Assembly (NCBI GenBank): GCA_038087875.1
Contig: CM075998.1
Location: forward strand, 2,606,001 to 2,670,000
Reading direction: 5' to 3'
DNA length: 64,000 nt
Source: Malacoraja senta
Lineage: Eukaryota
This document shows positions 1 through 12,205 of this stretch, in pieces. Each line of letters starts with the position of its first letter. Position 1 is the stretch's first letter. The notes beneath the pieces are model-generated. The model was not told the origin of the DNA, searched no databases, and saw nothing but the letters and a program-made list of their open reading frames with translations. The translations under genes were made by a program, and so were the position numbers.

Positions 1-1650
1 GGATGCCATCGGGGCCGGCAGCTTTGCGCTCATTCACCTTGCTCAGTGCATCTTGTACAGCAGAGGTGGAGAGACTGAGGGGTTGTTCATTTGGGGGTGG
101 AGCAACTTTGATGGCTGGGGTTTTGTTATCCCGGTCAAAGCGAGCATAGAAATGGTTTAGTTCGTCAGGAAGGGTGGCGTTGTCTGGGGGAGGGGTGTTA
201 ACTTTCTGGTAATCGGCAAGGGATTTGATTCCTTGCCACATGCGCCTGGGGTCAGAGTTGTTTTGGAAGTGCTCCTCAATCCGCCGTTTGTGATAGAGTT
301 TGGCATTCCTAATTCCCATTTTCAGATTGGCCCTGGATGAGCTGTATCCCTCAGCGTCGCCAGATCTGAAAGCGGCATCGCGAGCCTTCAGTAGGAGTCT
401 GACCTCCCTGCTCATCCACGGCTTCTGGTTAGGGAAGGTCTTTATTTCTTTGTGGGTGGTGACATTATCGGTGCAGAATTTTATATAGTCCATAACTGTT
501 GAGGTGTATGAGTTGATGTCCACTTGTGAATTGAAGGTGGACTGAGTAGCAAACAGACTCCAGTCTGTCTGCTGAAACTGCTGCTGTAAAACAGAGACAG
601 CCCCCTCAGGCCAGACCTTCACTGTCCTCGTGGTAGGTTTCACACGTCTGATCAGAGGTGTGTATTTGGGGAGCAGGAACAGAGAGAGGTGGTCAGACTG
701 ACCAAGGTGGGGGAGGGGGAGGGCTTTGTAGGCTTCAGTAATATTAGTGTAAACTAAGTCCAGAATATTGTTTCCTCTGGTTGGGCAGGAAACATGCTGA
801 TGGAACCTGGGGAGTACAGTTTTAAGGTCGGAGTGGTTGAAATCACCCGCAACAATAAATGCCCCCTCAGGGTGAGCAGATAGATGTTTGCTGATAGCAG
901 CTTGCAGCTCTTCCATTGCTAGCCTGGCATTAGCGTCCGGGGGTACATAGACTGCCGTGATAACAGTCGATGTGAATTCTCTGGGCAAATAGAAGGGCCT
1001 GCACTTTAACATCAGGTATTCCAGGTCAGCAGAGCAGTGACTACCAATCCTAACAACGTCCGTGCACCATGTGTTATTCACATAGATGCACAGTCCGCCG
1101 CCCTTGGTCTTACCGGAGTCCTCCGCTGTTCTGTCGGCCCTGAAGACAGTGCGCCGCTCCAGCTCGATGGCGTTGTCCGGGATGTTGCCGTTGAGCCATG
1201 TTTCAGTAAAGACCATGGCGTTGCAGTCGGCGATCCGTCTATGTGTGGTGATCCGCAGCCTTAGTTCATCGATTTTACTCACCAGGGACCGGACATTCGC
1301 TAGGAAAATGCTGGGCAGAGCTGGCTGGTGAGGATTTAATTTCAGCCTAGCTAGATGTCCTCCCCACTTCCCACGTCTTTGTTTGCGGTCCCTGCGCCGC
1401 CTCCGGGCACTTCCTGTCGGGGGAGCTGGCCCGCTAGACCACGGTGTCCTGGTGATCTCCGGCGGCAGTTGAAAGTCGCTTCTGGGGCTCGTTACGCAGA
1501 GACGGTCGAGCTCTAATAGCTCCTGACGGCCGTATAGAGTCTTCGCTCGGGTGCTCCGGGCGAAAACTAAGGTAATTATTAACAGAAAAATAACTAAATT
1601 ACAAAAACTACGGAGACGCAGAGCCTCGCGTTGTGCACGCGACGCCATCT
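1..1650 (-). mobile_element. Rex1/Babar-clade LINE, 5' portion, ORF open from ATG 1648 to the window edge (549 codons); antisense in a CCDC65 intron
   Basis: Minus-strand translation shows the APE endonuclease (SIFLANVRSL, FTETWL, GGGLCIYVN, IVAGDFN, LDLVYTN, GQSDH), then KPWMSREVRLLLKARDAAFRSGD and KAAGPDGI in the same frame. No stop in the window, so it is absent from the ORF track. Confidence 0.9.
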
Positions 1651-1889
1651 CTCTCTGATGTCAATTATAGTGGATGGAAAACTGTTGAGGCAAGTACTTG
1701 AAACTTCATCCTAAGTACTTATAGTAACAACAGTTGGGAGAATGGATGTAGGGAATTTTGCCACAGCTTTCTACTTCAAACACTGTTTGCAAGCCCCACA
1801 CAACTGTATTCTTCCTTACTTCTGTCTTTCCACCTGTCTGTTTCCCTACAACCTACAGCATTTAAAACTTGCTGTTACTGTTTCTTCAT

Positions 1890-2110
1890 AAGTTCATAAT
1901 TTAAGAAGAGATAGGAGCAGAATTAGGCCATTCGGCCCATCAAGTCTACACCGCCATTCAATCATAGCTGATCTATCTCTTCCTCCTAACCACATTCTCC
2001 TGCCTTCTCCCCATAACCCCTGACATTCGTACCAATCAAGAATCTATCTATCTCGGTCTTAAATATATAAGATTTGGTCTCCACAGCCTTTGTGGCAATG
2101 AATTCCACAA
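1890..2110 (-). mobile_element. CR1-type LINE 3' end fragment
   Basis: Reverse complement of the CR1 3' tail seen at 14100-14255 (WNSLPQ..., GGCCGAATGGCCT tail). Confidence 0.7.
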
Positions 2111-2231
2111 TTCGCTGATTTATTTTGTCTTGTATCTTACCTGTAGCATTACTTGTCCTGTGAACATTGTCGTTTCCATTTAGATCTCAGTTTCAATCAA
2201 TATTTACATTCACCGCCGTATTTTTTAATAG

Positions 2232-2450
2232 GATACAATAGCAGCACTGAAGATTAAGATAGCAGCCAATTCACGAAAGTGTGAGGCAGAAAATAAAAAA
2301 CTGCGGGATGAAAAGGACGCGATAAAGCAGCACTTTCTCATGCAGAAAAGCCAGATGAATTACCTCAGAGCACGAGAGCATGAGCGTCTTGTCAAACTGA
2401 CCCTCGAGAGTAACGCTGCAACCAAAGTACTGAAGACTGTCTGTGCTAAG
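2232..2450 (+). CDS. CCDC65: CCDC65/DRC2 internal exon (73 codons)
   Basis: AG|GAT...AAG|GTAAAG, phase 0. DTIAALKIKIAANSRK...LVKLTLESNAATKVLK resembles the DRC2 LTLESN motif. Confidence 0.9.
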
Positions 2451-2878
2451 GTAAAGTCCAGGACTCCCGAACTCGGTCTCCGTGCTTTATGGTGGAGAGA
2501 GTTGGCTTGGAGTCAGTGCAATGTAGATGCACTGGATTGTTTCCAGGGATGTGGGATTATAATTGGCCTCTGCTCACCGGAAATCAGGAGCAGCGAAAGC
2601 CTATTGTTATGGTGTACTTTTACAATTTCAGCAGGGAATTTGGCGTGCTGTTCACAAATGTTCAAACCTTGTGAGGTAAAACCCTGGGATTCATTTAATC
2701 TGTTCATGGGTTCCATTTTAAAGGTGCTCCAGACCTCTTCAAACAAACTCCTTGTGTATTGTCCACCCTCTGTTCCGGATGAGCGCTGGAGTCCTTCCAA
2801 AGGCGATTGTTTGGGGAGTCGATTTTGAAGACTTGTTATTTTTGGCAGAGTGAATGCTCACACCTTTGATCTCCCCAG

Positions 2879-3031
2879 GGTGAACACATACTGAAAATGG
2901 CAGAGATGTGCAGGAAACTGGAAACGGAAGAAGAGAAGGTTCTTCCATTCTACGCGTCCTCTCTGACCCCAGACGAAGAGAAAAGGGTTCAGACTGTAAT
3001 GATCAAGAAGCCATGTGAGGCACTCGCTGAG
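2879..3031 (+). CDS. CCDC65: CCDC65/DRC2 penultimate exon (51 codons)
   Basis: CCCCAG|GGT...GAG|GTAGGT. GEHILKMAEMCRKLETEEEKVLPFY is a hallmark DRC2 motif. Confidence 0.93.
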
Positions 3032-3125
3032 GTAGGTGGTGCGCATGTTCTGCCTCATGAAAACATTGGGATTTGCGGAAATGTCAATGGCCTGTGGTTG
3101 GAGGTGGATGAAGTTTAAATGTGCA

Positions 3126-3418
3126 GGAAGGAACTGCAGATGCTGGTTTAAATTGAAGATAGACACACAATGCTGGAGTAACACAGCAGGACAGGCGGCA
3201 TCTCTGGAGAGAAGGAATGGGCGACATTTCGGATCGAGACCCTTCTTCAGACGGAAGCGGGACAGGCAGCACCTCTGGAGAGAAGGAATGGGTGACATTT
3301 TGGGTCGAGACCCTTCTTCAGACTGAAGAAGGGTCACGACCTGAAATGTCATCCATTCTTTCTCCAGAGATGCTTCCTGTCCCGCTGAGTTACTCCAACA
3401 TTTTGTGTCTATCTTCGA
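3126..3418. mobile_element. Penelope-derived palindromic element with hammerhead-like cores on both strands and an internal partial duplication
   Basis: Inverted arms centred on CTTCTTCAG-A-CTGAAGAAG (~3313-3331). Related to the 3' UTR of the GIY-YIG fragments at 34.6 and 36.6 kb. Confidence 0.8.
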
Positions 3419-3920
3419 TGAAGATTAATTCTTAGCTAATGCTTATGCTTACAGCTAGGAATGGAAGGAGTAAAGGCAAGATTTGGGTGAAGATAGGTAT
3501 TCTAGTGTTTGGACCTTGTGTATGTGAGAGAGTTTTATCTTCAGAGAACACGGAACAGACCAAATTGGGCCATCTGAGTATCTGGTTCATTTAATTTGTA
3601 GAACGTTGTTTCAGGGATGCGACAATATTTAGATAGTAAATCATGCAAGAATTTTAACTGTACTTTTTCTATATGGGTTTTCCTGTCACCTTCAGGACAC
3701 TCTTCCATGAAGTACTTCTGGTGTAGACCCTTGTCATGTAAAAAGTGCAATAACCACACTGTGCAAAGCAAACGTGGGAATGACCAGATAGTCTGGTCGA
3801 GGGATAAGCCAGGGTGCCAATGTGAACTCTCCTGACCTAAATAGGGTTGAATGATCTGTTAGATTACCTGAGAGAGCAGATGGGGCCTTGACTAAACATC
3901 TCAAACACAAGTTAGCACCT

Positions 3921-4215
3921 ACACGGTGGCACGGTGGTGCAACAGTAAAGTTGCTGCCTTACAAGAGACCCGAGTTCGATCCCGACTACGGGAGCTGTCT
4001 GTACGTAGTTTGTACATTCTCCCTGTGACCTGCGTGGGTTTTCTCAGAGAACTTCGGTTTCCTCCCCCACTCCAGATGTACAGATGCAGGTTTGTAGGTT
4101 AATTGGCCTGTTAAAAATTGTCCCTCGTGTGTGTAGGATAGTGTTAATGTGCGGGGATCGCTGGTTGGTGCGGACCCGATGGGCCTGTTTCCATGCTGTA
4201 TCTCTAAACAAACTA
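3921..4215 (+). mobile_element. tRNA-derived SINE (V-SINE/HE1-like)
   Basis: A-box-like TGGTGCAACAGT, B-box GAGTTCGATCC, V-domain-like TTCTCCCTGTGACCTGCGTGGGTTT, and a LINE-like 3' tail. Confidence 0.75.
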
Positions 4216-4485
4216 AACTCCAATGGTACAACACTCCATCTGCACCATACAGAACCTAAAGTTTGCTGATTATTGCTGGAGTATCTATTGCAAAATATCT
4301 TTACCATGATGTGAAATGTTTAGATTGAGCTCTGGTTTATGTTAATTAGTTGAGATTCGGGCTGAAACAAAAGATATTAATTGTGATTTGGATGTGGGAA
4401 ATGTCTTACCAGATCTGTCACAGTGATTGTTCTTCTCACATTCCATGGCATGGTAAATGGGGACTTTCTCCTCTTATCTTTCAAG

Positions 4486-4791
4486 GTGATGATGAACTAT
4501 ATGGCCCTGGAGCATTTCTGGAAGCGCTATAATAAGGTTCTCTTAGACCAGATGGTATTAGAACAAGAGAAACATGCCTTACTGCAGGAAAACATGAATC
4601 TTCGGCAGCTCCTCAAGCAGTACTTAGATGGAATCTCAGTCAATGAAGAAATCCTATCAAATCTGAACCCCCTCATTGTGATCAACAACAAAACAAATGT
4701 GAAAATGAATATACCTGTGATAGAATCTGTAGCCTCAAAGCCAGTTTACAATGTGATCGAGGCTGCACATATCATTGATCACACAGTCTAA
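4486..4791 (+). CDS. CCDC65: CCDC65/DRC2 terminal coding exon
   Basis: Pyrimidine tract + AG|GTG. FWKRYNKVLLDQ...LLKQYLDGISVNEEIL...NPL; TAA at 4789-4791. Confidence 0.93.
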   Translation: MMMNYMALEHFWKRYNKVLLDQMVLEQEKHALLQENMNLRQLLKQYLDGISVNEEILSNLNPLIVINNKTNVKMNIPVIESVASKPVYNVIEAAHIIDHTV

Positions 4792-4971
4792 CAATCACTT
4801 CAGTTCATATCTAAATGTGTCTGTCTTTTTATTTAAATTTATTGACTGGTGCCTAACCCATATGGCCGTTTAACCATTTTCCCCCCTAATTAGTGAGCTA
4901 AATAACTACTTATCTAATCTTTTAGTGTTCAATATATCAACAACTACACCAATCAGTTGTCAAATGGTCCA

Positions 4972-4977
4972 AATAAA
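4972..4977 (+). promoter_or_regulatory. Candidate CCDC65 polyadenylation signal
   Basis: First AATAAA, ~180 nt after the stop codon. Confidence 0.5.
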
Positions 4978-5636
4978 TGCATGCACATAGCCATTGAAAC
5001 AAAGTAAATAGCTTATAATTTCAATTTAAGGAAACTATTTCATGTCCCTCATGCAGTAGCTGAGTCTTTGCAAATCGCCCATAGTGAATGTACAGATAAG
5101 GGGCAGAAATTTGTCCTTGGGTTTTAAACACACAATAGAGAGATTTCAACAGTGAAATTTAGCGGAGTACAATACCCATATATTGCATGTTTAGTACAAG
5201 TGACCACGACCAAATCCTGTCCCATGGTGATGTTTTAAGAACTAATTGGGTATTTATACTGTATGGAGCATAACATCTGGGTCCAACTTATTACCATGGG
5301 AGTGGGCCTTTTGGCTCAAAAACTCAGCCGCAGTGTTTATGCTCAACACCAGCCTCGTATGTCTAATCTTATCAGCATATCTTTCTTCCTCATTCATATA
5401 CTTACCTAACTCCCTCTTGATTACTTCTGCACCTTGGCTGCCACATTCTCGGCACACTGGGCAAAGAAATGTTCCTGGATTTCCATTTTACCTCTGGGCC
5501 CTTCATTCTGGTTCAGACTGTGAATGGAAACAATCTCCTCCAGGTTTTCCCCTAACCTTTCAAATAGTGCCTGTAGAACTGCCGAATGGGGAGGCCAAGA
5601 CAGATCTGATCAAGAACAATGACAAACAATCCAAGT

Positions 5637-5851
5637 TGAAGAAGGAACTGCAGATGCTGGAAATTCGAAGGTAGACAAAAATGCTGGAGAAACTCAGTGG
5701 GTGAGGCAGCATCTATGGAGTGAAGGAAATAGGCAATGTTTCTGGTCGAGACCCTAGCCTAAAGAAGGGTCTCGACCCGAAACGTTGCCTATTTCCTTCG
5801 CTCCTTGGATGCTGCCTCACCCGCTGAGTTTCTCCAGCATTTTTGTCTACC
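5637..5851. mobile_element. Penelope-derived palindromic element
   Basis: Inverted arms GTAGACAAAAATGCTGGAGAAACTCAG.../...CTGAGTTTCTCCAGCATTTTTGTCTAC; degenerate hammerhead core at ~5759-5787. Confidence 0.8.
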
Positions 5852-5939
5852 ACTTAGTTGACGTAAGGTTGCTGCAGGTTGGACTGGTGTACTGAAGTAA
5901 TAGCTGAGGCAAGGCAGGAAAGGCAGGTTTTGCTCGCCT

Positions 5940-6320
5940 TCGAGCAGAGGAGGCTGAGGGGAAACCTGATGGAGGTGTACAAAATTACAAGGGGGGGACA
6001 GATGGGATAAATAGCAAACGTTTCCTCAGCGTAACAGTGTCTAATACTACAGCACATTGGTTTAGAGTGAGGAGTATGAGGTTCAGTGGGAATCTGAGGA
6101 AGATTTTTTTTTCCACAAAAGCACAGTTGGACTCTGGAACACACTGCCTGAGGGTGTGGTGGAAGCAAAGAGTCTCACAACGTTTAAGATGTACCTGGTG
6201 AACACTTGAATCACCAAGACACAGAAGGCTATAGATCAATGCCGGTAAATAGGATTAGAGTACATGAGTACTTGATGGGAGGCAGATGGGCCTGATTCTG
6301 ACCTGTTTGGTTCTACGACT
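5940..6320 (+). mobile_element. Degenerate CR1 3' fragment
   Basis: EQRRLRGNLMEVYKI...WNTLPE-like remnants. Confidence 0.6.
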
Positions 6321-7916
6321 GGATATTAGTAGCCCAATTGCTGGAAGGGGTGGCTACCTGAAGCTTGTTACTAACTGACCAGAGATCAAAGTGGCAGTCA
6401 TTTTGGGGATTATGAGGGTGAGTTGTTGGGGGCAGGCCCAAAGGAGAGGAGATACATAACCATTATTCTCCTTTGTTAAAACTCTGGGGGTTGTGGGAGT
6501 GGGCAACAAAATAGCAAGGCTAATTATTTTACTGCCACTTTGTGGTGTTATAGGTTACTATCTGGAGGATAATTGCTTGAAGCAAACTATTATTCAGGTG
6601 GTTAACCTTTTGTCTAACGTTTTCATAAGGCCGATGTCACAGTTGAAATGATAAAAATACTTGAAGCAAGACTATGGGATCCAATCACCAACACCCCGAC
6701 ACCGGCCCAACCTTGTCCATACCTCCCTCCACAGTAGTGCTGTCCACACAGCTTGAGCCTCACGACTGATTGATGGCAGCTTGCCAGTGAAGGTTTAACA
6801 CTTTTTTTACAGTGGGTTTTGTTGTCACAGTTGAGGAAACGTGATAGTTTCCTGGTTTACATTTCAGCATCAAGCCCTCGCATCCACGAGTAATATCACG
6901 GCTGGGTGTAAACAATCCAGCAAGCTTGCACAACTGCAATACTAAACCGGTGTGTTTCCCACTGCAGCTGTCACCAAGTGTTGTGAGCGGGATGACCAAT
7001 TCCATGCTGATTCGTGTTGAATTATGGGCTTTCTTCCTTCCGTATTCTCACCTATTTGGAACCAGGTTGAGATTGCCCAAGGCTTCCTCCTCAATTCTTC
7101 TTATCGAGTCCACACACAAGATTAGAAGTTGTTCAGCCAGAGCTGAACACACTTCTCGGCATCTGCATACAATGGTGTCTGTCTTGCTGCTTGTTGTGTG
7201 TGGTGGTGGAAAGATTGGTGGAAACAGGGCCGTGACGTGAATGCTCGTTCCTTGACCCCAATTAGGAGTTTAAACACCATGACTGGGTTTAAGCCTATAC
7301 AGTTAGCAGGCTTTTTCCAACTTCCCCTTTTGTTTGAATAATTTGTGTAAAACAATGCTCATTTCTTGCATTGAAGTAATGGAGGTTTGATATAACACAT
7401 TATCTATAACGTTGCACATCCACTTCCCACTCTATATCATTTTGCTTGAACTGCATCGCAGGTACAAGTTGGGGTATTGTCTTCAATGCGTCGTGCACCT
7501 CTGCATAATTCAGAATTCTACAGAGTGGCACCATGGCAGGATTGAAAAGATTATTTTCTTTGCATCTGAATGTACATTTGTATATGTCTTGATAACTTAC
7601 ACCACCACCAGAATTTAAAACAAAAGTGATAAGGACATTTTTTTTCTGAAAGAAAATCAAGTTGGGAAGAAAACCTTCCATTGTAGAAGTGTTGTGGAGT
7701 ACATATTTTACACTGTTATACATGTAGACTTGAGGAACACTGCATGTTTGCCAAAAGCTGAACCTGTGAATATTACTCGAGGTACTGATGATAAATAGCC
7801 TGCAAGTGATTCTGCACAGATATCATTACCAGAATCAGAGGGTGATGTGCTGTGAATAAAGGTTAAAGCAACTCTATTGCAGAAATACAAACAAAAGTTA
7901 AATTTCAGCAGAAATT

Positions 7917-8134
7917 TTATTTATTTTTTGCTTTTCCTCTTTTCTCCTCCTTGGCCTTTCGTTTGGAGATTTTTGGGGTGTGTGCTTTTGAATAGAGGTA
8001 ATAGCCTATTAGACACAGAAGTCCAGGGATGAGCAGCAGGCAGACTATTGGGATCACATTGTTCACCATTTTCTTCCAATATGTTGATTTCACTAATGTC
8101 ACCAACTCCGTCTCAAATAACAGTACAGTGTCTC
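7917..8134 (-). CDS. FKBP11: FKBP11 exon 6 (end of PPIase domain, transmembrane helix, lysine-rich tail)
   Basis: CAG|GAGAC..., 218 nt. DTVLLFETELVTLVKSTYWKKMVNNVIPIVCLLLIPGLLCLIGYYLY...KRGKAKNK*; KxKxx ER-retrieval-like end. Confidence 0.93.
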
Positions 8135-8930
8135 CTGAAATGCAGAAAACAGTTCTAAACTCAATATACAGCCATATTTAATATAATTCAGTACTTAATA
8201 TGCAGGTACACGAACACTAGTGGAATTGAAAGGAGGGTGATTCGGACATCAAACCCGAGCATTCAATTCATTATTTTGACCATCATTTGGGCCTCACTAT
8301 CTCTTTCAATCGCGCGTTGAACTCCTAGGGTATCAATAAAGATTGCTTCTCATTTTCTGGAGGAGATCACTCATTTTTCTCTGAATATTTAACAATGTAC
8401 AGCACAAACAACGCTCTCTCTATCTGGGCAACACTTCCAGCACCTGTCCACACTTCTGCAATAGATCAGGGGGAAAACTTGCCATTTCATAGATCATCCA
8501 GTGATCTCCAGTCTCCAAGCCCTCTCAATTGTAACCTTCAGTGTTGATTACTGCTTGGAATATTCCTCTCACTTCTCCAAATTATTCATCCTATGCACTA
8601 TTGTTCTCTGGACATCTCCATGTATTGAATTCAAAATTAATCTCACTGTCTCCTTGACTCCCTGAGAAACATGCAGTGTGCAGAAAGACTAAACCCATTT
8701 GCTTTGCCACCTAATCACGTTTCCTCATTACCTCATCTAATCTTTTATCTTCTCAATAAACTTCTCAAATTTTAGGTTCAAAAGTCTTAAATTACAAATC
8801 ATGCGAATTTGGGTCCTCATAACAATTTCTACCATTGTGAAATAAATACTGCCAGTCATTGAGATTAAAGGTGGTACTTAAATTTGAGGTGGCTTTAAAG
8901 AGTGCTGCAGAAAACCAAATAGGTACATAC

Positions 8931-9001
8931 CTGGAATTGTAGGCGGAAAGCCTCGTTTCCCATACGCCAGGTTGGATGGAATGGTTAACTTTCTTTTCTC
9001 T
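8931..9001 (-). CDS. FKBP11: FKBP11 exon 5
   Basis: TAG|A...G|GTATGT, 71 nt. EKRKLTIPSNLAYGKRGFPPTIP. Confidence 0.93.
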
Positions 9002-10333
9002 CTAAATAAATACACTTATTAGTTTTTCTGCAAGAACATAATTATTTTCTTACTATATTATCTGCGAATCATCCAGTATCTAATAGATTACTATTGCTCA
9101 GTTGGTAACTTTGGTGTATTACTAACAAAAGCAGAGGTCGCTCCCTGGTGAAAGGCAAGTAGAGTTAGCCTCAGTACTGTATAGTTGGGCTAGAAAAGGG
9201 AAATTCAAAGCACCTTTCTGTAATGTGTAACTTTTCCTGGAAAGTGTGTGGGCCAGAATGTCATGAACTGCCTGAAACTCCAAATATTTAGAAATTGTTT
9301 ACACTGTATGATAATTATACATTATAGAACATATAATCAAAAATCATTACTGCACTGTATGTGTAAACTAAATTCAAATTAATCTTTGCATAATAAACAA
9401 CACATATTATAAGATAATATCCTGGATTATTTGAGCAATATCACATTTGTGACTGAGTTGCCGTCACCCATCCATACAATATCAACGCTGCATCCCCAAA
9501 ATCCTGCAATTTCTGCTTCTTACAAAGGAAGCTCGCCGATTTTCTATGACAGTGGCTCCAGAAAGTGTGTCTTTCCAAATAGGGAAAGTCTGACAGGAAG
9601 TGAGGCCTTTTGCAGAAATTATGGATGCCATGTAAACTTTCAACATTTCGAGAAACAGTCGATGATATTCAGTTTTAGGAAGTTACTTCTTCCCGCCAAC
9701 AACAGTCAGCGGGCTTCCACAGCCAATTCAGGTGATTCATTTACTGCCCAACTGCCCCAAAAGAGCAGGTAACGATGCATCACATCATCACTTCACCCAG
9801 AGAACCTCTTGTGCTCAAGAGTATCGACAGCATTGAGCAAAATGCTGCACCATTCAAGAACAAGGCAGCTTTCCCATCTGGAGTTGCTTAACTCTGCCCA
9901 ACCAGTTTAGTGGTGCTGGAACCATTGTTTTTAAGTTTGAGAGGGAGGAAACCAGGCCAGAAATGAGATTGACTCTGGAGCAAAGCTGAAGCTAAACACA
10001 CTGACAGATATGAATTGTTCATGATCTTGTGAAGAACGGGCACAGGAGAAAATTGTTGGTGGTGCTTATTAAAGTCACCGACTTTAAAACTAATTAACAT
10101 TAACAGCATAAAAGCAGAAAGTGCTGGTGAAAGAGAGGGAAACAGTTACTGTTTCAGGTTAGAAACCCATCATCAGTGGCCTGAAACATTGGCTCTGCTC
10201 CCCTTTCCACGGATATAGCCTTGACTTTCCCCGCATTTTCTATTTCAGTTTTCCAGCATCTGTCGTTTTATTTGCTTTTCACATAAACTACACTTCGGCT
10301 CAAGTGAAACTTGATGCAATCAAATCAACTTAC

Positions 10334-10367
10334 CCAACACACATGTCAAGAAGACCTTGTTCCAAAC
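10334..10367 (-). CDS. FKBP11: FKBP11 exon 4
   Basis: TAG|GT...GG|GTAAGT, 34 nt. GLEQGLLDMCVG. Confidence 0.92.
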
Positions 10368-10661
10368 CTACAAACAAAAATATAATCAGGTTCAAATTTT
10401 TCTTAAGCACACTTCCACCAATGGTTTCAGAATTGGAACTGAATTAAAATACCTGAATCGTAATGAACCTCTTGGTCGCAATCACACCTCAATGAAGATT
10501 TGTGTTTACGGATGGAAGTCAAAATTACTTTCATGAGTGTCATATTTATAGTATTGATAGGGGCAAGTGATCATCTCATTCTTGAATCGATCTTTGTAAT
10601 TGTGATTATGAGGCAATTCTTCAGTATGGTTTCATTCCAGCATCACAATGTCACATTTTAC

Positions 10662-10749
10662 CTGGAATAACCTGTTTTTTGCCCAGTTCTACCATCAAAG
10701 GATCCCGGATCAAGGAATTATCAAACAACGTCCCGTCTTCCAACTTGCC
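10662..10749 (-). CDS. FKBP11: FKBP11 exon 3
   Basis: TAG|GGC...G|GTAAAA, 88 nt. [29 protein letters not shown]. Confidence 0.93.
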
Positions 10750-11065
10750 CTAAGAAACAGAGCAGAAAGAAAGCACATCAACTCTCCAGTGCGCACTCCC
10801 ATAGGGTTTTGTCATGGTTATTCAGCAACGCTACTTGAACATCTAACATTACATTCAATTACTCCTCCGCTGATAAACTGGGAAGCAACATTTTACTTCA
10901 AACACATGAAATTGATAATGACAGTTTAGAGTGATATTGAATATCCAAAGGCAAAAAATAACTCAAGAAATTGCAAATACACACATAACTATCACTTATA
11001 CCTGCGGCGGCTAGCAACATTTCACAGTGTGAATGGCAACAAAGGGTAATAGTGTACTAGGACAC

Positions 11066-11205
11066 AAGGAAATGCAGATGCTGGAGTCTTGAGCAAAACC
11101 CAAAGTGCTCTAGTAACACAGACTGAAGAATGGTCCCGACCTAAAATGTCATCTATCCATTCCCTCCACAGATGCTACCTGACCCACTGAGTTCCTCCAG
11201 CACTT
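11066..11205. mobile_element. Degenerate Penelope-derived palindromic element in FKBP11 intron 2
   Basis: AAGGAAATGCAGATGCTGG...CTGAAGAATGGTCCCGACCTAAAATGTC...CTGAGTTCCTCCAGCAC. Confidence 0.65.
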
Positions 11206-12205
11206 TCTGTTTCGAGGACATAACTGACCAATATATATATATATATATATAAATTTAATTTCCCCTTATTTAAAGCGGCTGTAGGATTGAATAGCTTGAA
11301 GTGGGACAAACTCCACAGATCTGGTGTGATGGTTTGCTTTGATTTACATTTGATGATTTTGCCCTTGTAAAAGCATTCGTTAAGGATTTTTTTATTGGCA
11401 ACCCAGGATGCCCAAAGCAATTTACAGCAAATGAGTAGTCACTGTTGTAATTCTGGAGGCTAAGTCTCTCAAGTGTTATCCTTCCCTATCTCTGCATCAT
11501 TCATCGAGCACATGCTTTCAAGTTATTTTTGCATCCTCCGATGTCGACATTAAAAGAAGCTCCCGGTTACTTAATTTGTCCAGTTCGTTGCCATTTCTGA
11601 ACTGCCTTCCTTTGCTCCAGTTTAATTTCTTCTGTAAATAAATGTATTCAATTTTGCGTTGGATTTCTGCGTTCTTGTTTACATTAAGTCAACACATTTA
11701 ACTTGAGTAACGTAAATGTAGAATTAAAAAATGTCATGAGCTAATTAACCCCAGAATTCCTAATGACTATATTGTTAGTTTGCTTCTAGTTAAAGTAGAT
11801 GGAATATTGCATCACACGCTACTTTCAAATGAATTCACTTGTTTGGAGGTGTAGGACTGAACTCCAGCAGAAACTGATCAGTGACTGGGGAGTTTGAGTT
11901 TCCACTGACGTGTCCGCTTGCCACATCGTCTCGTTTATTAATCATTGTCCTTTCTCTACTCCAACAACCACCTCCGCCAAGTGTGGTCGCTTTCCAAGTG
12001 GAAATATACTCTCTCTCTCTCTCTCAATCCCGTTCCCTGGACGGGGACACATCTGCTGACGTGTTAGTACAACCAGACCTCCCACCGGGTCCACGCGTGG
12101 AGTAACATTTCCCGTGTTAAGTTTCAATAGTAGCAAAACAATTCGAATTTTCAAGTTGCAGACTTTGTAAAGCAAAAAAAAGTACAGTAAGTTAAAATTT
12201 CTTAC

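Noticed and set aside
300..1331. Plus-strand ORFs in the track
   Set aside because: Antisense shadows of the Rex1 ORF.
5254..5457. Protein-like minus-strand ORF (…IKRELGKYMNEE…)
   Set aside because: Resembles a decayed CR1 C-terminus (FKRELD motif) plus tail; no exon context.
6760..7890. Chain of minus-strand ORFs after FKBP11 as a hidden gene or viral insert
   Set aside because: No recognisable domain, frequent stops and no consistent splice structure.
9705..9800. Possible C/D-box snoRNA in an FKBP11 intron (GTGATGA...CTGA on the minus strand)
   Set aside because: No terminal stem and no recognisable rRNA guide complementarity.
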